Origin: Candidatus Methylomirabilia bacterium
GTDB taxonomy: Bacteria > Methylomirabilota > Methylomirabilia > Rokubacteriales > CSP1-6
Length of the DNA: 13,274 nt
Direction: 5' to 3'
NCBI GenBank assembly: GCA_041497895.1
Contig: JBGQHJ010000131.1
Location: forward strand, 1 to 13,274
In this document: positions 1-6,775 of the stretch, piece by piece
Layout: every line of letters begins with the position of its first letter
How positions within the stretch are numbered: position 1 is the stretch's first letter
Position numbers and translations under genes: made by a program
The notes under the pieces: model-generated
What the model was told of the DNA's origin: nothing
What the model saw: only the letters and a program-made list of their open reading frames with translations
Database searches by the model: none

Positions 1-540
1 CCCCGGTCGCTGGGCGACCCCGCTTTCCGCCGCGCCTTCCTCGCCGACCGGCACCAGGCCGCGATGCTGCGCACCACCTTCGCGGTCACCATGCTCCGGG
101 GCAGCGAGAAGCGCAACGTGATCCCGCCCGAGGCGAGCGCGGACATCGACTGCCGCATGCTGCGGGGCGACGATCCGGAGGAGATCGTGGCCTGGGTGCG
201 CGGGGTCATCGCCGACCCGCGGGTGGAGGTGAGCCTGATCAACCCGCCGCCCAAGATCCCCAACGCCTCGCCGCCCGACACGCAGCTCTACAAGGCGCTC
301 GGCGAGGCGTTGCGACGCCGGGCCCCGGGCGCGGTGGTCGCGCCCGACATCCTGGTCGGCTTCACCGACAACTGGGTCTTCCGCAACTGCGGGCTGCACG
401 GCTACGGCTTCAGCCCATTCATCCTGGAGGAGAGCGAGTGGCGTCGCGTCCACGGCAACGACGAGCGGATCTCGCTCGAGAATCTCCGCGAAGGGGCACG
501 CTGCCACACCGAGCTGCTGCTCGAGATGGCGGGGGCCTGA
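1..540 (+). CDS. M20/M25/M40 family metallopeptidase/deacylase, C-terminal part (5'-truncated by window edge)
   Basis: Frame 1 is open from base 1 (PRSLGDPAFRRAFLADRHQAAMLRTT...). It shows the M20 dimerisation-domain motif KRNVIP..A.ADIDCR, then GFTD and the C-terminal HGNDERI (metal-ligand His). The ATG at 64 is probably internal. Confidence 0.88.
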   Translation, partial: PRSLGDPAFRRAFLADRHQAAMLRTTFAVTMLRGSEKRNVIPPEASADIDCRMLRGDDPEEIVAWVRGVIADPRVEVSLINPPPKIPNASPPDTQLYKALGEALRRRAPGAVVAPDILVGFTDNWVFRNCGLHGYGFSPFILEESEWRRVHGNDERISLENLREGARCHTELLLEMAGA

Positions 541-1025
541 TGGCGCGCGCGCCGCTCGCCATCCGCGCCGGCACCGCGCGGGACGTGCCGACCATCCTGG
601 CCCTGATCCGCGGCCTGGCCGAGTACGAGCGTCTCGCCCACCAGATGGAGGCCACCGCGGCCCGGGTGCGTGCCCACGGCTTCGGCCGGCGCCGCTACTT
701 CGAGACCCTCATCTGCCGGCGCGGCGGTCGCCCGGTGGGCTTCGCGCTCTACTTCTTCACCTACTCCACGTTCCTGGCCCGTCCGAGCCTGTATCTCGAG
801 GACCTCTTCGTGCTGCCCGAGGAGCGCGGCGCCGGCGCCGGGAAGGCGCTGCTCCGCGCCCTGGCCCGCATCGCGGTCCGGCGTGGGTGCGGGCGGATGG
901 AGTGGGCGGTGCTCGACTGGAACCGCCCCGCCATCGGCTTCTACCGTCGCCTGGGGGCCCAGCTCAAGCGGCAGTGGATCCTCACGCGCCTCACCGGGCC
1001 CCCGCTGCGCCGTCTCGCCCGCTGA
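540..1025 (+). CDS. GNAT N-acetyltransferase, SSAT/diamine acetyltransferase-like (161 aa)
   Basis: ATG at 540 overlaps the upstream TGA (TGATG coupling). Motifs: IRGLAEYERL, YSTFLARPSLYLEDLFVLPEERGAGAGKALL (acetyl-CoA motif A) and MEWAVLDWN.PAIGFY. Confidence 0.92.
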   Translation: MARAPLAIRAGTARDVPTILALIRGLAEYERLAHQMEATAARVRAHGFGRRRYFETLICRRGGRPVGFALYFFTYSTFLARPSLYLEDLFVLPEERGAGAGKALLRALARIAVRRGCGRMEWAVLDWNRPAIGFYRRLGAQLKRQWILTRLTGPPLRRLAR

Positions 1026-1029
1026 TCGG

Positions 1030-1548
1030 ATGGCCCGGCGTCGCCGCGTCGTCGCGTGTGTGTCGGTCGTCCTCCTGCTGCTCTCGGGGGTCCGCCCCGC
1101 GGCGGCCCAGATCACGTGCCCACCCGGCACGAAGCTCGGCAGTACCGAGGCCTCGGGCAGGAAGCTCAACTGGTGCGAGCGTCCCGACGCGGGCGGGGCG
1201 ATCCGGCACGGGCCGATGCTGGGCTTCTACGCGAGTGGACGCCGGAGCTTCGAGGTGTCCTTCGTGGACGGCACCCCGCGCGGCCCGATCCGGGCCTGGT
1301 ACGACAACGGGGAGATCAGCGCGATCGGCGAGACGCGGCCAGACAACGGCACGCTCACCCTACGCGACGAGCACGGACGCAAGCGCGCCCAGATCGACGT
1401 GCGGGACCGGCAGGTGGCCACCCAGGCCTGGGACGCGGACGGTCGCGAGGAGCGTTACGAGGAGGCGAAGCTGGTCAAGACGCTCGCCGCCAACCGCGAC
1501 CTGCCGTTCATCATGAATCTCTTCGCGGTCGGCATCGGGATCCAGTGA
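1030..1548 (+). CDS. Secreted hypothetical protein with MORN-variant (YwqK-like) repeats (172 aa)
   Basis: ATG 4 nt after the GNAT stop. Sec signal MARRRRVVACVSVVLLLLSGVRPAAA|Q, a Cys pair (CPPGT...WCE), and repeats HGP...FYASG...E..F.DG...G...WYDNG. Confidence 0.7.
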   Translation: MARRRRVVACVSVVLLLLSGVRPAAAQITCPPGTKLGSTEASGRKLNWCERPDAGGAIRHGPMLGFYASGRRSFEVSFVDGTPRGPIRAWYDNGEISAIGETRPDNGTLTLRDEHGRKRAQIDVRDRQVATQAWDADGREERYEEAKLVKTLAANRDLPFIMNLFAVGIGIQ

Positions 1549-1552
1549 GCGC

Positions 1553-2986
1553 TCAGGCGCCCGGCACCACCGGCGGAATGGCGCCCGCCCAGGGCTGAGC
1601 GGTCTCGAACGCGGCGGCGGCCCGCAGCACCGCGGCCTCCTGATGCCGCCGGCCCACGATTTGCAGGCCCACCGGCAGCCCGCTCCTGGTGAAGCCGCAC
1701 GGGACCGAGATGACGGGCAGGCCGGTCACCGTGATGCCGTAGGTCAGGAAGAACCACTGGGTGTAGTTGTCGAGGGCCTTGCCGTTGATCTCGGTCGGGT
1801 AGGGCTGCTCGACCGGGAACGGCGGGATCGCCACCGTGGGCAGGATCAGCAGATCGCGCGTCTCCATGAACGCGCGCACGCGGTGCCAGAGACGGGTGCG
1901 CAGCGTCTCCCCCCGGCCGATCTGCTCGGGGGTCAGCGAGAGGCCCTGCTTGATGTTCCACACCAGGCCCCGCTGCATGACCGATTCCCACCGCGCGAGC
2001 TTCTCGGCGTGGCGCGCGACCATGCTGAGCCCGCGGGTGGCCAGCACGATGTCGTTGACCTCGCCGAAGTCGGGGCACGCGCGCTCGACCCGGACGCCGA
2101 GCGAGCGGAACACGCCGGTGGCGCGCTCGGCCACCGCGGCCACCTCGTCGTCCACCGGGATCAGGCCGTTCAGGTCGGGCGTCCAGGCGGCGCGCCAGCC
2201 CTTCACCGAGGGCCGCTTGACCGCGGCCGGGAAGCGCCGGGTGTCGACGTCGTAGGAAAGGGGCGCGCGGTCGTCGGGCCCCGCCATCACCGACAGCATG
2301 AGGGCCACGTCGCCGACGGTGCGGGCCATGGGCCCGGTCACGCTGAGCGAGTCCCACCCGAGATCCGCCGGGTAGACCGGGATCAGGCCCGGCGAGGTGC
2401 GGAAGCCGACCACGCCGCAGAAGGCGGCGGGGGTGCGCAGCGAGCCGCCCAGGTCCGAGCCCTGGGCGAGCGGGCCCATGCCGGTGGCGAGCGCCACCGC
2501 GGCGCCGCCGCTCGAGCCCCCGCAGGTGAGCGCGGTGTTCCACGGGTTGCGGGTGGCGCCGAAGACCGCGTTGAAGGTGTTGCCGCCGGCGCCGAACTCC
2601 GGGGTGTTGGTCTTGCCGACCACGATCGCGCCGGCCTCCTTGAGCCGTGCCACGTAGAGCGCATCCTCGTCCGGCACGTGGTGCTCGAAGATCTTGGAGC
2701 CCCAGGTGGTCCGGATGCCCTTGGTCGGGGTCAGGTCCTTGATCGAGACCGGGACGCCGTGGAGCGGTCCGAGGCTCGCCCCCTTGCGCGCGAGCGCGGC
2801 GGTCGCCTTCTTCGCGGCGGCGAGGGCCTGCTCGCGGGCCACCGTGACGTAGGCGTTCACCCGCGGGTTGACCGCGTCGATGCGGGCGAGCACCGCCTGC
2901 ATCACCTCGAGGGGAGACGCCTTGCGCGAGCGGTAGAGGCGCTGGAGCATGGTGGCGGGCACGAAACAGAGGTCGCGGTCGGTCAC
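1553..2986 (-). CDS. Amidase-signature family amidase (477 aa)
   Basis: GTG start preceded by GAGGAG. Motifs GPLHGVPVSIKD (catalytic Lys), GKTNTPEFG, TCGGSSGG and GSDLGGSLRTPAAFCG (Ser-cisSer-Lys triad), plus GLPVGLQIVG. No gatB/gatC neighbours, so not called gatA. Confidence 0.93.
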   Translation of the reverse strand: MTDRDLCFVPATMLQRLYRSRKASPLEVMQAVLARIDAVNPRVNAYVTVAREQALAAAKKATAALARKGASLGPLHGVPVSIKDLTPTKGIRTTWGSKIFEHHVPDEDALYVARLKEAGAIVVGKTNTPEFGAGGNTFNAVFGATRNPWNTALTCGGSSGGAAVALATGMGPLAQGSDLGGSLRTPAAFCGVVGFRTSPGLIPVYPADLGWDSLSVTGPMARTVGDVALMLSVMAGPDDRAPLSYDVDTRRFPAAVKRPSVKGWRAAWTPDLNGLIPVDDEVAAVAERATGVFRSLGVRVERACPDFGEVNDIVLATRGLSMVARHAEKLARWESVMQRGLVWNIKQGLSLTPEQIGRGETLRTRLWHRVRAFMETRDLLILPTVAIPPFPVEQPYPTEINGKALDNYTQWFFLTYGITVTGLPVISVPCGFTRSGLPVGLQIVGRRHQEAAVLRAAAAFETAQPWAGAIPPVVPGA

Positions 2987-3057
2987 GAAGGATCTCCTCG
3001 GCGGTGCGGGTTGCTACCTAACTAACACAGATGCCGGGAGGTCCGACCGTATTTCGG

Positions 3058-3081
3058 GGTCCGTGGTACCCTCCACGGACC
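3058..3081. promoter_or_regulatory. 9-bp inverted repeat enclosing a candidate extended -10 in the divergent amidase/deacylase intergenic region
   Basis: GGTCCGTGG-taccct-CCACGGACC. TGgTACCCT (3064-3072) fits TGnTAnnnT, about 45 nt upstream of the GTG at 3117. Confidence 0.45.
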
Positions 3082-3116
3082 TCTGATGCAGTGCACCCCT
3101 GGGACGGGAGCTCGAG

Positions 3117-4718
3117 GTGGACGATCTGCTCATCCGCGGTGGTGAGGTGCTGGACGGTAGCGGCTCCGACGCGGTCCGCGGCGACGTGGCGATCCGGGAC
3201 GGCCGGATCGTCTCGATCTCGGCCCGCTACTCCGGAACGGCGCGTCGCACGATCGACGCGCGCGGCCTGGTGGTGGCGCCCGGGTTCATCGACATCAAGA
3301 CGCATTCCGACTTCACGCTGCCCTACGCGCCGGGAGCCGAGAGCAAGGTCTTCCAGGGCGTGACCACCGAGGTGGTCGGTCACTGCGGGCTGTCGGCGGC
3401 GCCCGCCTTGCCGGGCCGCGCGCGGCTGCTCCAGGAGTACCTCGCCGCCTTCGCCCCCTGGATCGAGATCGAGGAGACGACCTTCGCCGGCTACCTGGAT
3501 CGCTTCCCGCCGACCGCGGTGAACACGATCATGCAGGTCGGCCACAACACGCTGCGCCTGATGACGGTCGGGATGGAGCATCGCGCCCCGACCGGCGACG
3601 AGCTGGCCGCGATGGGCGGGCTCCTCGAGGAGGGGCTCGCGGCGGGCGCCACCGGCCTGTCGTCGGGGCTCTTCACCGCGCCCGGCTCCTTCGCCCGGCC
3701 GGAGGAGCTGATCGGGCTGCTCGGGATCGTCAGGCGCCACGGCGGCACGTACGCCACCCACGTTCGCGACGAGGCGGGCGGGGTCTTCGACGCCGTCCGG
3801 GAGGCGATCGCGGCGGCCGAGGCGACGCAGGTCCACGTCCAGATCGTCCACCTCAAGCTGTCGGGCACCGACAACTGGGGGCGGGCCGGCCGGCTGATCG
3901 CGGAGATCGAGGCGGCGCGGGCGCGCGGGGTGCGGGTCGACTGCGACGTCTACCCGTACACCTTCGCGTCCAACCCGCTCCGCAACCTGCTCCCCCTGTG
4001 GGTGCAGGAGGGCGGGCTCGGGCCCATGCTGGGACGGCTCCGCGAGCCGGAGATCCGCCGGCGCATCACGGGTGAGATCGAGGAGCGCGGTCTCACCAGC
4101 TTCGGACGGGTGCCCTCGTGGGACGCGGTCAGCATCGGCACCTCGCGGACCCGGTCGCGGGACGCGGGACGGAGCCTGGGCGAGCTGGCGAGGGCCGCCG
4201 GGGTCGCGCCCATCGACCTGGTGTGCGACCTCCTCGCCGCCGACGAGGGCGCGACCTACGTCGCGGTCTTCTCCATCGACGAGGCCGACGTGCGGACGCT
4301 GCTCCGATCGCCCGCGGCCTTCGTCGGCTCGGACGGCCGGGCGGTGGCGCGGGACAGCGTGACCGGGCAGGGCCGGCCGCACCCGCGCTTCTACGGAACG
4401 TTTCCGCGGGTGATCGGCCGCTACGCCCGCGACCTCGGCCTGATGTCGCTCGCGACCGCGGTGTTCAAGATGACCGGTGGGCCCGCCGCCGCGCTGGGGC
4501 TGGCCGATCGCGGGCTCCTGCGCGAGGGCTACCGGGCCGACGTCACCGTGTTCGACCCCGCGACGATCATCGACCGGGCCACCTTCGAGGAGCCGCACCA
4601 GTATCCGGATGGCATCTCGACCACGATCGTCAACGGCGTGGTGGTCGTGGATGCGGGCCGCCACTCGGGCGCGCTGCCGGGGCGGGTGCTGCGACGGGGT
4701 CCGGCCGGCGTCGCCTGA
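3117..4718 (+). CDS. N-acyl-D-amino-acid deacylase (D-aminoacylase) family amidohydrolase (533 aa)
   Basis: GTG start. Motifs LLIRGGEVLDGSG, GLVVAPGFIDIKTHSD, QGVTTEVVGHCG, YATHVRDE, VHLK, DVYPY, GSDG, HPRFYGTFPRV, DRGLLREGYRADVTVFDP and VNGVVV. Confidence 0.92.
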   Translation: MDDLLIRGGEVLDGSGSDAVRGDVAIRDGRIVSISARYSGTARRTIDARGLVVAPGFIDIKTHSDFTLPYAPGAESKVFQGVTTEVVGHCGLSAAPALPGRARLLQEYLAAFAPWIEIEETTFAGYLDRFPPTAVNTIMQVGHNTLRLMTVGMEHRAPTGDELAAMGGLLEEGLAAGATGLSSGLFTAPGSFARPEELIGLLGIVRRHGGTYATHVRDEAGGVFDAVREAIAAAEATQVHVQIVHLKLSGTDNWGRAGRLIAEIEAARARGVRVDCDVYPYTFASNPLRNLLPLWVQEGGLGPMLGRLREPEIRRRITGEIEERGLTSFGRVPSWDAVSIGTSRTRSRDAGRSLGELARAAGVAPIDLVCDLLAADEGATYVAVFSIDEADVRTLLRSPAAFVGSDGRAVARDSVTGQGRPHPRFYGTFPRVIGRYARDLGLMSLATAVFKMTGGPAAALGLADRGLLREGYRADVTVFDPATIIDRATFEEPHQYPDGISTTIVNGVVVVDAGRHSGALPGRVLRRGPAGVA

Positions 4719-4727
4719 CGCGGGCGG

Positions 4728-5675
4728 CTACGACAGGACCTTGCGGGGATCGAGGGCGTCGCGGAGGCCGTCGCCGATGTAGTTGATGCTGAGCACGGTG
4801 AGGAAGATCGCGAAGCCCGGGAAGATGGCCCAGTGGGGGGCGAAGTCGAGGTTGTCCTTGGCGTCGAAGAGGATGCGCCCCCAGGTCGGGATGTCGGGCG
4901 GGAAGCCCAGGCCCAGGAAGGAGAGCGACGACTCCGCGATGATGGCGGCGGCCACGTCGATGGTGCCGGCCACGATGACCGGGCCCACCGCGTTGGGCAG
5001 GATGTGGCGGAGCACCTGGCGCACCGGCGCGGCGCCGAGGCCGCGCGCGGCCTCGACGAACTCCTTCTCGCGGAGCGACAGGAACTGGGCGCGCACGAGG
5101 CGCGCCACCGGCATCCAGCGCAGGCCGCCGATCACGATCACCACCAGCACGAACACGCCCATCTCCGGGCCGAGCACCTTCTTGAGCGCGTCGCGGAAGA
5201 GATACACGAGCAGCAGGAGCAGCGGGAGCTGGGGCAGGGACAGGAAGAGATCGGTCAGGCGCATCAGGGTGTGATCGGTCGCGCCGCCGAGGTGCCCGGC
5301 CACCGCCCCGATCATGGTGCCGGCGGTGATCGAGATCAGCATGGCCGCCACGCCCACCGCGAGGGAGATGCGCCCGCCGTAGAGCATGCGGGCCAGGAGG
5401 TCCTGCCCCAGGTCGTCGGTGCCGAGCGGATGGGCCCACGAGGGCATCTTCAATTTCGCCTTGAAGTCGATCTCGTCGATCGGGACCCGGTACACGAACG
5501 GTCCGGCCACCACCGCGATCACCATCACCACCAGGACCGCGGTCCCGAAGGTGGCCAGGTGGTGCTTGCGGAAGCGGCGCCACGCCTCGCTCCACAGCGA
5601 CTCCACCCCCCGCGGACGGGTCGACGTCACCGCGGGGGAGACCGCCTCGGACACGACGCCGTTGGGCGGGGTCAT
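4728..5675 (-). CDS. Peptide/nickel ABC transporter permease, OppC/DppC-like (315 aa)
   Basis: ATG at 5675 lies 2 nt after the upstream permease stop. Motifs WRRFRKH, HPLGTDDLGQDLLARMLYGGRISL, EAA loop EFVEAARGLGA...RHILPN, ESSLSFLGLG and GDGLRDALDP. Confidence 0.95.
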   Translation of the reverse strand: MTPPNGVVSEAVSPAVTSTRPRGVESLWSEAWRRFRKHHLATFGTAVLVVMVIAVVAGPFVYRVPIDEIDFKAKLKMPSWAHPLGTDDLGQDLLARMLYGGRISLAVGVAAMLISITAGTMIGAVAGHLGGATDHTLMRLTDLFLSLPQLPLLLLLVYLFRDALKKVLGPEMGVFVLVVIVIGGLRWMPVARLVRAQFLSLREKEFVEAARGLGAAPVRQVLRHILPNAVGPVIVAGTIDVAAAIIAESSLSFLGLGFPPDIPTWGRILFDAKDNLDFAPHWAIFPGFAIFLTVLSINYIGDGLRDALDPRKVLS

Positions 5676-5677
5676 GG

Positions 5678-6637
5678 CTAGCGGAGGGAGATCCGCGGAT
5701 CGAGCCAGCCGTAGAGCAGATCCGCCACCAGGTTGAAGAGCACCACCAGGCACGAGAACACGAAGGTGATCGCCATGATCACCGGGGTGTCGTTGGCGAG
5801 GATCGAGGTGATCAGGAGCGAGCCGATGCCGGGCACCCGGAAGATCTGCTCGGTGATGACCGCGCCGGTGAAGATGCCCGGGATCTGCAGCGCCACCAGG
5901 GTGACCACCGGGATGAGGGCGTTCCGCACCGCGTGCTTCAGGATCGTCACCTTCTCGGAGAGGCCCTTGGCCCGCGCGGTGTTGATGTAGTCGAGCCGGA
6001 TGACCTCCAGCATCGCGGAGCGCACGAAGCGGGTCATCGAGGCGCCCTGGGCGAGCCCGAGCACCGCCACCGGCATGACCGCCTGGCGCGCGTTCTCCCA
6101 GTACCAGCGCCAGCCGGTGGCGCCGATATCGGCCCGGTAGATGAAGGGCAGCCAGTCCAGGTAGATGCTGAAGAACAGGATGAACAGGATGCCGGTGAAG
6201 AAGGTCGGCAGCGAGAAGCCCACGAAGGCCAGCGTGGTCGAGACCTGGTCGAAGAACGAGTACGGCCGCATCGCCGCGTAGATCCCGATCGGCAGGGCCA
6301 CCAGCAGGCCCAGCACTTGGGCCAGGCCCAGCACCCAGAGGGTGGTGGGCAGCCGCTGCAGGATCAGGGTGCCCACGTCGATGCGACTCACGAACGAGAA
6401 GCCCCAGTCGCCCTTCAGCATCGAGGTGAACCAGCGCGCGTAACGGATCGGAATCGGATCGTCGAGCCCGAACTGATGGCGAAGGTTGGCGCGGACCTCG
6501 GGCGGCACGTTGGGGTTGGTGGCGAGCTCCTCGAAGGGGTCGCCCGGGGCCAGGGCCAGCACCGTGAACAGCACCAGGCTGATCCCCGCGAGCACGGGGA
6601 TCATGATCAACACCCGCCTGAGCAGATACTTTGACAT
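5678..6637 (-). CDS. Peptide/nickel ABC transporter permease, OppB/DppB-like (319 aa)
   Basis: Motifs YLLRR, APGDP, FGLDDP..RY..W, GDWGFS, EAA loop DYINTARAKGL...KHAVRNAL, GAVITEQIF..PGIG and DLLYGWLDPRI. GGTGA SD at 6642-6646. Confidence 0.95.
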   Translation of the reverse strand: MSKYLLRRVLIMIPVLAGISLVLFTVLALAPGDPFEELATNPNVPPEVRANLRHQFGLDDPIPIRYARWFTSMLKGDWGFSFVSRIDVGTLILQRLPTTLWVLGLAQVLGLLVALPIGIYAAMRPYSFFDQVSTTLAFVGFSLPTFFTGILFILFFSIYLDWLPFIYRADIGATGWRWYWENARQAVMPVAVLGLAQGASMTRFVRSAMLEVIRLDYINTARAKGLSEKVTILKHAVRNALIPVVTLVALQIPGIFTGAVITEQIFRVPGIGSLLITSILANDTPVIMAITFVFSCLVVLFNLVADLLYGWLDPRISLR

Positions 6638-6648
6638 GGTGTCACCGC

Positions 6649-6775
6649 CCCGGCCGCCGAGAGGGGCCCAGATGCGAGGCGGCGCCCGAAGGCCGCCCGC
6701 GAGGCGTACTTTCCGTACGTCGAGCGGGCGGCCGAGGGCGCCAACGAAGCAGATGGGCCTCTCTCGGCGGCCGGG
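6649..6775 (+). repeat. 127-nt imperfect palindromic rod-like hairpin (REP/MITE-like or structured RNA) filling most of the SBP-permease intergenic region
   Basis: Stems: 6649-6670/6754-6775 (22 bp, one G.T), 6673-6675/6749-6751, 6681-6687/6736-6742, 6691-6700/6724-6733 and 6703-6709/6715-6721. Apical loop TTTCC. Internal loops are GA/GA-type. Confidence 0.85.

Noticed and set aside
1553..2986. Amidase as GatA
   Set aside because: No gatC/gatB nearby, and the sequence (GKTNTPEFG, GSDLGGSLR) resembles general amidases rather than GatA (GKTNMDEFAMG, GSDTGGSIRQP).
6649..6775. Hairpin as an intrinsic terminator, tRNA, CRISPR repeat or known riboswitch
   Set aside because: No U-tract on either side, no cloverleaf, no repeat-spacer periodicity, and no riboswitch consensus that I recognise.
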